57,172 bases of DNA, taken from the NCBI GenBank assembly GCA_041690595.1, contig JAWLHB010000050.1, forward strand, positions 1 to 57,172. The letters run 5' to 3'. This DNA comes from Lentisphaeria bacterium (lineage in GTDB: Bacteria > Verrucomicrobiota > Lentisphaeria > JABSQK01 > JAWLHB01). Shown piece by piece: positions 11,901 through 21,422 of this stretch; the first letter of the stretch is position 1, and each line of letters opens with the position of its first letter. Below the pieces are notes generated by a model that did not search any database, was not told the DNA's origin, and saw nothing but the letters and a program-made list of their open reading frames with translations. The translations under genes and the position numbers were made by a program.

Positions 11901-12674
11901 CATGATCCTTACCTGATGATTGACGCCCACCACGCCGACGCCGTTATTACCGGTGGCGCCGATGGTACCCGCCACATGCGTTCCGTGGTAATGGTCGTCC
12001 ATGGGGTTGCCAGTGGCGACGCCATTCACCCATTTTGCTCCATGAATATCGTCGATGATGCCGTTGCCGTCGTCATCCACCCCCGGAAGGCCATTGAGTT
12101 CCGCGGTATTCGTCCACATGTTGGCGACGAGATCGGGATGGGTGTAATCGACGCCGGTGTCGATCACGCCAACGATGATATCGCGACTGCCGACGGCGGT
12201 ATCCCATACTTGGGTGATGCCGATGTCCACCCCGGCCGTGCCGCCGCTCTGCCCGGTGTTGCGCAGCCCCCAAAGTTCGCCAAAGCGGGGATCGTTGGGA
12301 ATGGCGAGTGCATGCACCGGATAGTCCGGCTCCACGAAACTCACCTCCGGCATGCGCAGGTAGCGGGCGGCAGCCTCTTTCAGGGTCATGGCCGCAGGAA
12401 TCTCGACCATATCGATCGGCCGCAGCGCATAGCCGCGCACCCGTTTCGCCCCAACCTGCGCATGGGCATTGACGGCTGCCTGCACCCCGAGGCGCGACTT
12501 GAAGCCGACCAGAAGGCGTCTGGCCGAAGTGCCCGCCGGCAAGTTCTCCGTATCAAAGGCTGCCAGCCGCTCTGCCATCGTAGCTGTCGCCCCCTTGACA
12601 TTCTCCTGGCCTGCTGCCGTCCCCGACATCGCCCCTATCGCTATCCACACCAGCACCAAAGCCGCGAATCTCAT
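5958..12674 (-). CDS. Secreted S8 (subtilisin-family) serine peptidase, multidomain (prodomain, FN3-like, BACON/ASH-like Ig domains, lectin-like domain, Calx-beta repeats)
   Basis: Catalytic motifs VIDTGVD, HGTHVAG and GTSMATPHVAG are present. The signal peptide MRFAALVLVWIAIG suggests a start at 12674 rather than 12836. Calx-beta-like motifs YATVAGTATSGIDY and EGDETF recur. Confidence 0.92.
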   Translation of the reverse strand: MRFAALVLVWIAIGAMSGTAAGQENVKGATATMAERLAAFDTENLPAGTSARRLLVGFKSRLGVQAAVNAHAQVGAKRVRGYALRPIDMVEIPAAMTLKEAAARYLRMPEVSFVEPDYPVHALAIPNDPRFGELWGLRNTGQSGGTAGVDIGITQVWDTAVGSRDIIVGVIDTGVDYTHPDLVANMWTNTAELNGLPGVDDDGNGIIDDIHGAKWVNGVATGNPMDDHYHGTHVAGTIGATGNNGVGVVGVNHQVRIMALKFLNADGSGSTSDAAFALEYAILKGAHLTNNSWGGGGYSQTMKNMIDAAAAAGQLFVAAAGNESLNVEEIPNYPSSYASENIVAVASSDRYDARSGFSNYGAVNVDLAAPGSSILSTLPGNTYGLLSGTSMATPHVAGVVALLLSEYPDASWMELKRWLLDGGTPLRDWEGVTATGTRLSAPESLRLAGLPVNVHPITNFTAGSRQNATSVDLTWSNPLAGGLQGVVIRRQTGSYPLSWNDGTLVYSGTGNAATDNGLTVGTLYYYTAWAHYGGSLYSSRAIATARAGHEEIDHFTEAFTANDNDLDYRSITFYPDESPHGYMASTSSIAAFPVSPTGSVILNLDDDDFGVVALADGKQILLHGQAYSTAYVGSNGYVTFTAGSDDYNASIQEHFELPGISMLRLDLTPASNVGYRQLADRLAITFVNVTEYDMNNRNSMQLELFFNGIIRLSYLNIDAVGGVAGLSAGGGMPLDFTESDLSRYNAFLTPRDGFRALGYAGGPFEPSCREYVVRNPGSTALNWAAGANQPWVSITPSSGVLQPGQEQAVQLCIGAAANALAPGSYPANVTFTPGGGLTAVTFSVILDVVAIPGNLIVEDSILPTDDRNLPFGTLDLNQSRSETVTLRNTDAVHPIIVDSISLSPSSVFSLAEAPVLPLNLAPGASVAFDVIFAPLEAADVGPHQASLVIAGNDADEPVITLVILGTVAADPLQVTPTDPFLAVGPVGGPFTPSSRTYLLTNASASQTMQWTADASTSWVTLSRTSGSLAPGTSVQVSVGFSAPSLPAGVHLATVRVCNATTSVTTERAVRLAVGNQLCEAVDACELTWVTGGNANWFPQTAITHDGIDAAQSGVIAHSQSTYIQTTVLGPGTLTFWWKASSESGYDKLSFYRNGTFETSISGDAAWAQKSYEIGEGSHTLKWEYRKDGSLSRNSDCGWLDQVAYLPDTLPGEIGVTDSILPADDLRMPFGTIGLNQEKTETLTLRNMDATNDLIVDSILLAHYGEDFEDGVAQDWVPRTGGAWSVANGEYRATASVDTYMQSNYTGGIWSDLSCRAAFRRTGRQSTAAGIVIRASNDFVWDPTVGTAYGVAIAADTSYWVGRFSGGKLTFLTDGWVESPYLRTGTATNEVIFSADGSNLRVYFNGYLAWSGSDSSIPGPGRTGLIAYNKGSDPTVHLIDNVMVAPPVAPGGALVGDAQAWYNARPFSTDPSTFGDAPARKEELVYPVALLTEAPDLVLSPSPFRLASVPLLPLTLSPGQAVEVQVIFSPPAEEVYSSTLLIECNDASRPRIAVDLTGTGEVAIPYLSVANQGIMEGDEGITVLSFPVTLSAPSESVVSVEYATVAGTATSGIDYHDGSGTLVIPVGEMSGMISIDVVGDLVIEGDETFHLTLTNLVGAAAADMQAVGTILNDDVPRVSVSNASALEGGALTFTLSLDRPSPFAGSADYATVSGTATAGSDYTSTSGTATFAANQITATVVVQSLHDELHEGDETFTLTLSNPTMLSLGEAVGIGTIEDDDEPWLRLSLAAAAISEDVGTTVATVTRNTNTGAQLVADLTSSDTTEAVVQATVTIAAGSSTATFAVNAVNDDDFDGDVQVTLTASALDHADGTATLTITDHEQSENLVYSFTMRGTCYGAGAVPLTGNGYLLLDLRNHRASAVVRWQDGNAERIDFPGWYTADIGASNIWVLHMSDVEAVPVATGEYYYGHMFGNVHPSEVPLGGGVTGPAVVSFAGPWRAGAPNVQPTIVEMGDMSARFDYERTKQENTSNTPFEVLLGELATDAGIQLPAFNSKAEPEATVIPGLNSTGIACYNLTWSGVNAGENAVQSFSYPGYLLLDLATGEMQALLAWRQGTQWYYTVENWREGASFAYPLTVAASTYSFLGGREDLLGFRFMYGANSTLRIGLPSNQLQTLPMSLSGNSWGHSSLDEENGIFMQSTITCGINAMTLTINQESMTIDQAMGHVSATLNGFSRVD

Positions 12675-12878
12675 GATGATTCCAATACTGTAAGCATTAC
12701 AAGTTAAGTGTATCACACGCCACCACATGGCGTCTGGCATAATTGCTTCCAGTATTTGAAATGCAAGCCCGGCTTCGGGTATTTGCGCACGATTTCGCCG
12801 ATTCCATTCCGAGTATGGAATCGTTGCCCCTTGCACGCTACGGTATGCACGTCACTATCCACCTACCTGGAGCCTTCC

Positions 12879-13772
12879 ATGTTCATCGATATGCACGCGC
12901 ATGCCTACCGCAAACCTGTTCCTTTTGTTGTCGAGTTTTGTACCGCGGAACAAGTGCTGGCCCGATACGACCAGCATGAAATCGAGCGGGGGGTGCTTTT
13001 GCCCATCGTCAGCCCGGAGATCTACCTGCCGCAGGCCAACGAGGATATCCTGGACATGGCGGAGAAGTACCCGGACCGTTTTATTCCCTTCTGCAATATC
13101 GATCCGCGTGCCCTGACCAATGCCGTCGACGCGCCGCTTGACAGACTCCTGCGCTACTACCAGGACAAGGGGTGCAAAGGGGTCGGGGAGATCATGCTGA
13201 ACGTGCCGCTCCTGGATCCCATGGTTCAGAACCTCTTCAAGCACGCGGAGGCGGTCGGTCTGCCGGTGACCTTCGACGGTTCCGACCGTGTAGGCGGAGA
13301 CTTTGGGCTTTACGACGAAGCGGGCCTGCCGCAGTTGGAGCATACCCTTCGGCGTTTTCCGGATCTGACCATCATTGGCCACGGCCCGATCATCTGGAGC
13401 GAGCTTGGCCCGCTGGAGACGCCCGGTCAGCGCAAGCCGAGCTTCCGCCCCAATGGCGAATTCATCTTCACGGCCCCCCAGTCCGGTCCCATTACCGAAG
13501 AGGGCGTTCTGCCCAAGCTGTTGCGGCGCTACGCCAACCTGCACGGTGAGCTCTCGGACGCTTTCCCTGCCCTCGATCGGGACCACGACTACGGTCCCCG
13601 TTTCCTGACGGAGTTCCAGGACAGGCTCCTTTTCGGCACGGACATCTGCTGCGTGGAGATGCCCTTCCGGACGCTGCACCTTCTTCTGGAGTGGCGAGAA
13701 GGCGGCAAGATCAGCGAAGAAGTCTTCACCAAGATTGCACGGCAAAACGCGATCAAGCTGCTGAAGCTTTGA
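12879..13772 (+). CDS. Amidohydrolase-superfamily (Amidohydro_2-like) metal-dependent hydrolase
   Basis: N-terminal IDMHAH metal motif, KGVGE and LLFGTD; GGAG RBS before ATG 12879. Confidence 0.85.
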   Translation: MFIDMHAHAYRKPVPFVVEFCTAEQVLARYDQHEIERGVLLPIVSPEIYLPQANEDILDMAEKYPDRFIPFCNIDPRALTNAVDAPLDRLLRYYQDKGCKGVGEIMLNVPLLDPMVQNLFKHAEAVGLPVTFDGSDRVGGDFGLYDEAGLPQLEHTLRRFPDLTIIGHGPIIWSELGPLETPGQRKPSFRPNGEFIFTAPQSGPITEEGVLPKLLRRYANLHGELSDAFPALDRDHDYGPRFLTEFQDRLLFGTDICCVEMPFRTLHLLLEWREGGKISEEVFTKIARQNAIKLLKL

Positions 13773-13829
13773 TGTCGCGGAATCAACGGTCAAGCCATCC
13801 TGACAACGCCTTGGGGGGCGGGGAGAGGA

Positions 13830-13905
13830 TGGAGCCAGCGATCGGACTTGAACCGATGGCCTGCTCATTACGAGTGAGCTGCTCTACCAACTGAGCTACG
13901 CTGGC
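13830..13905 (-). tRNA. tRNA-Thr (anticodon CGT)
   Basis: Reverse complement GCCAGCGTAGCTCAGTTGGTAGAGCAGCTCACTCGTAATGAGCAGGCCATCGGTTCAAGTCCGATCGCTGGCTCCA folds as a cloverleaf, with anticodon stem GCTCA/TGAGC, loop CTCGTAA, T-loop GTTCAAG and an encoded CCA. Confidence 0.96.
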
Positions 13906-14000
13906 CCGGAAGTCACCTAAGGTTTGGTAATTGACTGTGCATTCGACTAAATTCAAGTACGGATGGATGGAAACCGAGGATTTTAAGGGAGAAGAGGCTG

Positions 14001-15155
14001 ATGAAGGTGGTGTTGGCGTCGGATTCTTACAAGGAGTGCCTGCTGGCGCGGGAGGTCTGCGCGGCCATGGAAGCAGGGGTGCTCAGCCTGAACGCCGGCA
14101 TCGAAACGGTGATGGTCCCGATGGCTGACGGCGGCGACGGCACCCTTGACGCCGTGCTGGGGAATCTCGGGGGCGAGCGCATTTCGCAGGTGGTGACGGG
14201 TCCGCTTGGCAACGCGGTGGAAGCGGAGTATGGCTGGATCGGGGCAGAAAAAACGGCGATCATCGAGGCAGCGTCGGCCAATGGCCTGCACTTGGTGCCG
14301 AAGGATCGGCGTCGGCCGATGGAGCTGACCACGCGCGGCGTTGGTGAGTTGCTGCTGGCGGCATTGGCCAAGGGTGCGGCACGCATCATCCTGACGGTTG
14401 GTGGCTCGGCGACAGTGGAAGGGGGTACAGGGTTAGCGCGGGCGCTCGGATACCGTCTCCTGGATGAGGCGGGCGAGGCGATACCGGAAGGCGGCCGGGG
14501 ACTGTCAAAGCTGGCGCGGCTGGAGGCACCAGCGGAGCGTCCATGGGAGAAGGTGAGAATCGAAGTGGCATGCGATGTGGACAATCCGCTGACCGGTGAG
14601 CATGGGGCCGCGCGCGTCTTTGGCCCGCAGAAGGGGGCGACCCCGGAAGAGGTGGAGCTGCTGGATGACGGGTTGGCACGCCTCGCCGTGATCGTGAAGC
14701 GTGATCTGGGAATCGAGATCGCGACGCAACCCGGCGCCGGCGCGGCCGGTGGATTGAGCGCGGGCATCGTCGCCTTTGCCGGAGGCGAGCTGCGCCCGGG
14801 AATCGATCTGGTGATTCATCTGGTCGGGCTGGGCGAGGCCTTGGCCGGGGCCGATCTGGTGATCTGCGGCGAAGGGAAGACGGACGGTCAGACCTTGCGC
14901 GGGAAGGTATGTGCCGGTGTGGCCAGGGCGGCGCGGAAGGCGGGCGCAGCCTGTGCGGTGATTTCCGGCAGCGTGACCGCCAGTCGCCGTGAGTTGGCCG
15001 AGGTCGGCATCGATGCGGCATTCAGCATCTGCCGAGGGCCGCTGTCGCTGGAGGAGGCGTTGAAGAAGGCGCCGGAGTTGATCGAAGAGACGACGGCAAA
15101 TCTGGTGGCAGCCTTTGCCGCCGGGCGTGCCGTTGGCGCGGCCAGTGAGGATTGA
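14001..15155 (+). CDS. glxK: Glycerate kinase (GlxK/GarK family)
   Basis: Motifs MKVVLASDSYKECL, PMADGGDGT, VGGSATVEGG, ACDVDNPLTG, FGPQKGA, GAGAAGG and GEGKTDGQTLRGK. Confidence 0.93.
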   Translation: MKVVLASDSYKECLLAREVCAAMEAGVLSLNAGIETVMVPMADGGDGTLDAVLGNLGGERISQVVTGPLGNAVEAEYGWIGAEKTAIIEAASANGLHLVPKDRRRPMELTTRGVGELLLAALAKGAARIILTVGGSATVEGGTGLARALGYRLLDEAGEAIPEGGRGLSKLARLEAPAERPWEKVRIEVACDVDNPLTGEHGAARVFGPQKGATPEEVELLDDGLARLAVIVKRDLGIEIATQPGAGAAGGLSAGIVAFAGGELRPGIDLVIHLVGLGEALAGADLVICGEGKTDGQTLRGKVCAGVARAARKAGAACAVISGSVTASRRELAEVGIDAAFSICRGPLSLEEALKKAPELIEETTANLVAAFAAGRAVGAASED

Positions 15156-15160
15156 GGGCC

Positions 15161-15556
15161 ATGCCAACGCCCCAAACCCCGCGGGAGCTGGTGGCTCGTT
15201 TCACAGTTAATCTCGACGGCTATTTTCGGGAGTACCGGATCTGGCTGATACTGCTGGCGCTGGCAGCCGTGGCCGACACCATCTCGACCATCATGTTCAT
15301 GGTGACGGATGGAATCGACCATGAGGTGCACCCTGGTGTACGCGTCATGTCGCTCGTTCTCGGACCGATCGCGGGTCCGATCGCCAGCAAGATGCTGCAG
15401 GTGCTGGGGGTGATGGCGATAACGATCTACTTTCGGCAGCGGGCGTGGATCATCTTCATGCCCGTGGTGATCCTCTATACCTGGGCTGCGTGGTACAACA
15501 TCTGGGGACGCAATATCTACGTGCCGCGACTGCTCGACCTGCTTGGCCAATCCTGA
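15161..15556 (+). CDS. Small integral membrane protein (DUF5658-like, unverified)
   Basis: Three or four hydrophobic segments with a D..ST...G..E.HP pattern; directly follows the glycerate kinase gene. Confidence 0.65.
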   Translation: MPTPQTPRELVARFTVNLDGYFREYRIWLILLALAAVADTISTIMFMVTDGIDHEVHPGVRVMSLVLGPIAGPIASKMLQVLGVMAITIYFRQRAWIIFMPVVILYTWAAWYNIWGRNIYVPRLLDLLGQS

Positions 15557-15576
15557 AGAGGAGCCACCAGACAGCG

Positions 15577-16950
15577 TCAACCGAGATCGTGCTTCTTCAT
15601 CTTATAACGGAAGGTGGAATACGGCATCCCCAGAAGCTTGGCGGCCTGACTGCGATTCCACTTAACCTGGCCGAGAGCGGCGAGCAGTTGCTCACGCTCC
15701 AGATCCGCGCCGATGGGCACATCCGGAGCCGCCCCGGCACCTTCGTTGCTGGGCATATCCCTGAGGTGCAGGTGGTCGATATCGATCCTCGCTTCCGCTG
15801 TCAGGATGGCGGCGCGCTCGATGATGTTGCGCAACTCGCGCGCATTCCCCGGGTAATCGTACTCCACAAGCAAGGACGTGGCGCGGGCGGTAAAGCCATT
15901 GATCTGCTTCTGGCGTGGCCGGCAGAAGGTTTGCAGGAAGTGGTTGGCCAGCGGCATGATGTCCTCGCGCCGCTCGCGCAATGGCTGAAGATGGATGGAG
16001 AAGACATTGAGCCGATAGTAGAGGTCCGAGCGGAAACGCTTCTCTTGAACACGGGTGGCAAGAGGGGCATTGGTGGCGGCGACAACATGAACGTTGACCG
16101 GAGTCTCGCGCGCACTGCCGACACGGCGGACCACGCGAGTCTCGAGCACCCGCAAGAGCTTGGCCTGAGCCTGTGGCGTAAGATCGCCGATCTCATCCAG
16201 AAAGAGGGTACCGCCATCCGCGAGTTCGAAACACCCAGCGCGGTTGACGGTGGCGCCGGTGAAGGCCCCGCGAACATGTCCGAAGAGCTCGCTTTCCACC
16301 AGAGAGTCGGGAATGGCAGGGCAGCTGACGGCGATGAAGGCATCGTCCCGGCTGTGACGACGGAGATGAAACTCGCGCGCGGCGACTTCTTTTCCAGTAC
16401 CGGTCTCGCCGGTGATCAGAACCGTATCGCAGTTGGCATCGACAGCCTGCTGGATATAGTCGCGAGAACGCTTGGTGGCAGCGCTTTCGCCGATCATGAT
16501 CTGCTCGCCATGACGCTCCCACTCGCTGCTCTGCAGCCCGCCGATAGTGCTGCGCAAGCGTGTGCAATCCTGCCGCAGGCGCCGAACACGGGTGGTACGC
16601 TCAAGAACGGCATCGAGGTCGATCAGGTGAACCGGCTTGGTGAGAAAGTCGGCCGCGCCTTGTCGCAGCGCCTGGATCACCGTCTCCATATTGCCATGGC
16701 CAGTGATGATGACAACGGGCAGATCCCGGTCGAGGTGCTGCATCTTGGCCAGAAGGCTCATGCCATCCATTCGCGGCAACCGGATATCGACGATGGCAAC
16801 ATCGAAATCGCCGGTGTTCATCAGCTCGAGGGCAGTCGTGGCGTCCTGTGAACAGACAACATCGTGACCACTCTCGCGCAGATAGCCGCCCAAGGTATCG
16901 AGGACGATGACTTCATCGTCAACAATGAGGATTTTGAGGAGTTCCGGCAT
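15577..16950 (-). CDS. Sigma-54-dependent response regulator (NtrC family: REC, AAA+, Fis HTH)
   Basis: Receiver ILIVDDE, Walker [41 protein letters not shown] and a C-terminal HTH. Confidence 0.95.
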   Translation of the reverse strand: MPELLKILIVDDEVIVLDTLGGYLRESGHDVVCSQDATTALELMNTGDFDVAIVDIRLPRMDGMSLLAKMQHLDRDLPVVIITGHGNMETVIQALRQGAADFLTKPVHLIDLDAVLERTTRVRRLRQDCTRLRSTIGGLQSSEWERHGEQIMIGESAATKRSRDYIQQAVDANCDTVLITGETGTGKEVAAREFHLRRHSRDDAFIAVSCPAIPDSLVESELFGHVRGAFTGATVNRAGCFELADGGTLFLDEIGDLTPQAQAKLLRVLETRVVRRVGSARETPVNVHVVAATNAPLATRVQEKRFRSDLYYRLNVFSIHLQPLRERREDIMPLANHFLQTFCRPRQKQINGFTARATSLLVEYDYPGNARELRNIIERAAILTAEARIDIDHLHLRDMPSNEGAGAAPDVPIGADLEREQLLAALGQVKWNRSQAAKLLGMPYSTFRYKMKKHDLG

Positions 16951-17208
16951 GGGAAATTGATGAGTAAAAGAAAGGAAACGGAGTACTGAAAAAATTCCCT
17001 AAGGAATTGTCAGGTAGGAAGATACGAATCTGAACATGTACTATAGCAGGTCTAATCGGCAGGGAAAGGGGACTCCGCGGAAGTTCTTTGCATGATGGCA
17101 GTTTCTCGCGGAAGGCGGTCGATGTGACCTCAGGTTAACAGGCATCATTCGACCGTCCGGTGCGAGTGACGCGAAGGAGCAGCGTCACCCGCACCGTACA
17201 GGGAGGCT

Positions 17209-17988
17209 TCAGGGAGCGTTGCAGATGTCGTAGGTGACCTGAAGGGCTTCAAGAGGATCACCCTTGGGGGCGAATTCATGGCCGACAAAGTAGGGATAAC
17301 CGGCCTGTGAGATGGCGGCGCAGATCCCGCGATAGTTCAGTTCCTGGGTATCGTCCATATCCTTTCGTCCGGGATTGCCGGCGGTATGGAAATGACCGAT
17401 CCAGCGAATATTCTCGCGAATGGTGCGAATGAGGTCGCCTTCCATGATCTGCATGTGGTAGATGTCGAAGAGCAGCTTGATACGCGGCGAGTTGACTTTC
17501 TGGCAGAGTGCCAGCCCCCAGGAAGAGTGGTCCGCCATATAGCCGGGGTGATCGACACGCGAGTTGAGCAGCTCGATATTCAGGTTGACCCCTTTCTCTT
17601 CCGCATAGGGGGCAATGCGACGCAGACCGCGCGCGGCGATGTCCAGCCCTTCGTCGTCGGTCAGTCCTTCCCGGCGATTGCCGCTGAAGCAGATGAGGCC
17701 GGCAATGTGATGCTTGGCCGCGAGATCGATGGATTCGCGCAGCTCTGCTTCGATGCGGTCGTGTTCAGCCGGGTCATTCAGTCCGACGGGCAGGGAGCGG
17801 TGTCCGCACATGGTCGCCACTTCCAGGCCATGACGATGGGCGGTGTCGATGTAGCTCTCCCACGCATCGTCACGGAACCAGAATTCGATGGCCTTGTAGC
17901 CGATGCGTGCGGCGACTTTGCAGAGTTCGTCCAGCGAGAGTTCCTTGGGCTTGAAGAGCGGAAAACAGATGGATTGCTTGATGGGCAT
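17209..17988 (-). CDS. hyi: Hydroxypyruvate isomerase-like TIM-barrel protein
   Basis: Motifs IELLNS, LLFDIYHMQIMEGD, HFHTAGNPGR and VGHEF; GGAG RBS before ATG 17988. Confidence 0.85.
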   Translation of the reverse strand: MPIKQSICFPLFKPKELSLDELCKVAARIGYKAIEFWFRDDAWESYIDTAHRHGLEVATMCGHRSLPVGLNDPAEHDRIEAELRESIDLAAKHHIAGLICFSGNRREGLTDDEGLDIAARGLRRIAPYAEEKGVNLNIELLNSRVDHPGYMADHSSWGLALCQKVNSPRIKLLFDIYHMQIMEGDLIRTIRENIRWIGHFHTAGNPGRKDMDDTQELNYRGICAAISQAGYPYFVGHEFAPKGDPLEALQVTYDICNAP

Positions 17989-18141
17989 GTGGATCTCCTC
18001 ATGGTTATTGGGGTTGGGTCTGGTGCACCTGAGCATAAGGTGTGTTCTACACCGGCAGATACCACCGCGAAGAGCTGTAATCGGCAAAAAAATGGTGCGG
18101 GCATATCCTTTGCGGCTGGGTGGAAAGGGGTGAAAGGGAGC

Positions 18142-18170
18142 TTGACATGAGAGAAGAGCTAGCCTAAACT
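18142..18170 (+). promoter_or_regulatory. Candidate sigma-70 promoter for the radical SAM gene
   Basis: TTGACA (18142-18147), 17-nt spacer, TAAACT (18165-18170), about 60 nt upstream of ATG 18229. Confidence 0.55.
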
Positions 18171-18228
18171 AGTCTACCGGCCAGGCTCTCCCGGCAATGC
18201 TCTTTTTCACCCACACTCAGGCACGACC

Positions 18229-19311
18229 ATGAAGTCCGACATCACTTCCGCCGATCGTCATTCGCGCGGACGCGGGAGCGCATCGCGGCCGACGAGTCGT
18301 TTCCTGCCGTTGCGGTATGAAGCGCTGCCGCCGGATGGTTGGGAAGAGGATGAGGATCGGCCTGCCCTGCAGACACGCTTCTTTCGCGACGCGGCGCGCA
18401 GCATCATCACCTGCAACGAGAGTCCCGACGTGGGTTTCGACGCGGGAATCAACCCGTATCGCGGCTGCGAGCATGGCTGCATCTACTGCTACGCGCGCCC
18501 GAGCCATGAGTATCTGGATCTTTCGGCGGGCCTGGATTTCGAGAGCATGATCTTCGTGAAGGAGGAGGCGCCGGAGTTGCTGCGCGAGGAGCTATCGCGA
18601 AAGAGCTGGGAGCCACGCTTGCTTGGGATGAGCGGGGTCACGGACTGCTACCAGCCGATCGAGCGGCGCCTGCAGCTCACCCGCCGCTGCCTGCAGGTCC
18701 TGGCGGAAGCGCGCAATCCGGTATCCCTGATCACAAAAAGCGGCCTGGTCACTCGGGATCTCGACGTTTTGTCGGAGCTTCACAAGTTTGGTGCAGTCCG
18801 GATCGGGATCAGCCTGACGACGCTGAACGGGCAACTGGCCCGACAGCTGGAACCGCGGGCAGCGTCGCCGGAACGCCGCTTGGCAGCGATTCGCAAACTG
18901 GCCGCGGCGGGTCTCCCGGTGGGAGTCAATGTAGCACCCGTCATCCCGAAACTAACGGACGAGGAGATCCCATCGATTCTGGCGGCGGCAGCTGAAGCCG
19001 GAGCGACGTGGGCGGGTTACGAATTTCTGCGCCTCCCCCACGGCGTGCAGGAGCTGTTCACGGAATGGTTGGAGCGATGCTACCCCGACCGGTGTGAAGC
19101 GGTTCTGGCGCGGCTGCGGGCCAGCCGCGATGGCCACTTGAACGACAGCCGCTTCGGGAGCCGGATGTCCGGAACGGGCCCCTATGCGGAGCTGATCGGC
19201 GGTATGTTTCGGCTGGCGGCGCGCCGGCATGGTCTCGACCGGCCTATGCCCGACTTGACGGCGAAGCACTTTCTACGTCCGGGCGATCCACGCCAGCCGA
19301 CCCTGTTCTGA
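18229..19311 (+). CDS. Radical SAM protein, PA0069/Rv2578c (SPL-like) family
   Basis: INPYRGCEHGCIYCYAR (CxxxCxxC), GLDFES, TDCYQPIE and ITKS. Confidence 0.92.
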   Translation: MKSDITSADRHSRGRGSASRPTSRFLPLRYEALPPDGWEEDEDRPALQTRFFRDAARSIITCNESPDVGFDAGINPYRGCEHGCIYCYARPSHEYLDLSAGLDFESMIFVKEEAPELLREELSRKSWEPRLLGMSGVTDCYQPIERRLQLTRRCLQVLAEARNPVSLITKSGLVTRDLDVLSELHKFGAVRIGISLTTLNGQLARQLEPRAASPERRLAAIRKLAAAGLPVGVNVAPVIPKLTDEEIPSILAAAAEAGATWAGYEFLRLPHGVQELFTEWLERCYPDRCEAVLARLRASRDGHLNDSRFGSRMSGTGPYAELIGGMFRLAARRHGLDRPMPDLTAKHFLRPGDPRQPTLF

Positions 19312-19322
19312 CAGGGAACACA

Positions 19323-21422
19323 TCAGGCGGCGGAATCGCCCCGGATGGCGCGCAGGAGGGCTTCGGTGGGACCCGATTTGGAGAGATAGACCGCAGCGCC
19401 GGCGTCAACCATTTTGGCCGCCATGTGGTCATGCTCATGCATGGACAGGGCGACAATGCGGACATTGTCGTGCTCCTGGTGGATGAGGCGGGTCGCTTCG
19501 ATGCCATCCATGATCGGCATCATGATATCCATGACGACGACATCCGGCCGCAGGAGTTGTGTCTGGTGAACGGCCTCGCGACCATTGCTGCACTTGCCGA
19601 CGATCTTGATGTCGGGATGCCCCTGCAGGAGGGCGACAAGCCCTTCGCGCATGACGAGATGATCGTCGACGAGGAGAACGCGCAGGACGCCGGGGGCAGT
19701 GGCTGCTTCTTCAGGCTCAAGCACGGTCGCCGTGCCGGCGCGGCCGTCACGACCGGAAGCGCAGGACGAGGTGCTGGAGTCACCATTCGCGCCCCGATGA
19801 GCTGCCATGACTTCGTGCGGCAGGCAGAGCGAGACACGGCATCCACCGCTGGGATTGCGGGCAACCTTCAACTCGCCGCCAAGGATCCCGATTCGCTCGC
19901 GGATACTGAACAGTCCAAGTCCCTGCTGGTGGCAGCATGCGTTCATCAGCTCACCGTTCATTCCCCTGCCGTCATCACTGACGGTAACGATAAGCACCCT
20001 GTCGCGCTCGCTGACCTCGATGCATGCATGCTCGGCGCGGGCGTGCTTGACGACATTGAGCAGAAGCTCCTGAACGGCACGATAGAGGAAGGTGCGGAGC
20101 GAATCCTGCGCCGGCTCGCGGATCGTCTCGGCCTTGACATTGATATGGAGGCCGAAGCTGCCGCTGGAATAGTCGGCCAGCCAACGCAGCCCTTCGACCA
20201 GGCCGCTCTGGTGCAAGGCTGGTGGACTCAGGTCATGGCTCAGATCCCGGGATTTCCGCACGCAATTGTCGAGGAGGGAAGAGATAACGGAAAAGGCGGG
20301 AAGCTGTTCGGGAAGGGAATCGGCCACGGCGCGCAGGTGCATCTGAGCCCCGACGAGCAGTTGCTGCAGGTCGTCATGGAGAATCTCCGAGAGGCGTCGT
20401 CGTTCGCGATCCTCCGCCTCCGTCAGTTCCAGGGTCAGACGCTGCAGCATGCCGGCGCGTTCATTGGCCACGCTGGTCTGGCGAGCGACTTCTTCCTGGA
20501 GATGATTGTTCAGACGAGCGAGTTCTTCTTCAGCCTCTTTCTGGCGATGGATGTCCTCGACGACGCATAGGAGGTGCTGCGGCTCTTCCTGATGTTCCCA
20601 GCTTGGCTGGCGCAACAGGCTGGCGGTAAGGCGAACCCACCGCACCTCGCCATCCTGGCGAACACAGAGAAGGTCGCTCTTGAAGAAATCCCGCTGATTA
20701 TCGAGCAGCCCCTTTATGCACTGTCTGGTTTCGCCGCGGTGGATCGGATGAATGCGCTGGAGAAAATGGGTGGCAAGCAGATCGGGACGATTCATGCCGG
20801 TAATTTCGCAATAGCGGTCATTGACGGCGTGGCAGCAGCCATCGGGCTGGGCGATGACGAGCCCCACGCCGGCCCTCGAGAAGGCCACGCGAAATTGTTC
20901 TTCGCTATCTCGCAAGGCCTGCGCCGCCATCTTGCTGGCGGTGACATCTTCGACGGCGGCCAGGTGGCGCATCCCCCTGCCATCGCTATCCCGCTGAACG
21001 CAGCCATTGATGCGCACCCAGGCGAGGCTCCCATCCTTGCGGCGATAGCGCTTCTCGCTGAACCAGCTGCTGCGCTTTCCTTCGCGAATGCTGGTCGCGA
21101 GGAGCAGCTCCGCCTGACGATCCTGCGGGTCGAGCAAGCCAAGATGGGTAAGCTGCAGAAGCTCATCGTGGGTGTACCCAGTGATATCCGTCATGCGTTC
21201 GTTCACTTCAATGAATCGCCAGCTATCCGGTTCAAGCACGGCGAGACCAACCGAGGAGCGTTCATAAAGGCAGTATCGCTGGTTGTTGGCGCCACTGAAA
21301 CAGATATCCTTGTCGCCGATATCGCCGGCTGTGCACCCAGGCGGCGATGCACATCCCGGAGCTGCTGAATTCTCTTTGACTGGTTGTGCGTATGCGCGAG
21401 AATCTGCATGCCGTTTCTTCAT
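19323..21422 (-). CDS. Hybrid sensor kinase: two PAS domains, HisKA_3, HATPase and a C-terminal receiver
   Basis: PAS motifs EKRYRRKDGSLAWV and RQDGEVRWV; ERRRLSEILHDDLQQ; QELLLNVVKHA; DDGRG; GLGLFSIRERI; receiver VLLVDDH...DIMMP. Confidence 0.92.
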   Translation of the reverse strand: MKKRHADSRAYAQPVKENSAAPGCASPPGCTAGDIGDKDICFSGANNQRYCLYERSSVGLAVLEPDSWRFIEVNERMTDITGYTHDELLQLTHLGLLDPQDRQAELLLATSIREGKRSSWFSEKRYRRKDGSLAWVRINGCVQRDSDGRGMRHLAAVEDVTASKMAAQALRDSEEQFRVAFSRAGVGLVIAQPDGCCHAVNDRYCEITGMNRPDLLATHFLQRIHPIHRGETRQCIKGLLDNQRDFFKSDLLCVRQDGEVRWVRLTASLLRQPSWEHQEEPQHLLCVVEDIHRQKEAEEELARLNNHLQEEVARQTSVANERAGMLQRLTLELTEAEDRERRRLSEILHDDLQQLLVGAQMHLRAVADSLPEQLPAFSVISSLLDNCVRKSRDLSHDLSPPALHQSGLVEGLRWLADYSSGSFGLHINVKAETIREPAQDSLRTFLYRAVQELLLNVVKHARAEHACIEVSERDRVLIVTVSDDGRGMNGELMNACCHQQGLGLFSIRERIGILGGELKVARNPSGGCRVSLCLPHEVMAAHRGANGDSSTSSCASGRDGRAGTATVLEPEEAATAPGVLRVLLVDDHLVMREGLVALLQGHPDIKIVGKCSNGREAVHQTQLLRPDVVVMDIMMPIMDGIEATRLIHQEHDNVRIVALSMHEHDHMAAKMVDAGAAVYLSKSGPTEALLRAIRGDSAA

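Noticed and set aside
13772..13905. Genomic island integrated at tRNA-Thr
   Set aside because: No integrase is present and I found no duplicated tRNA 3' end in the window.
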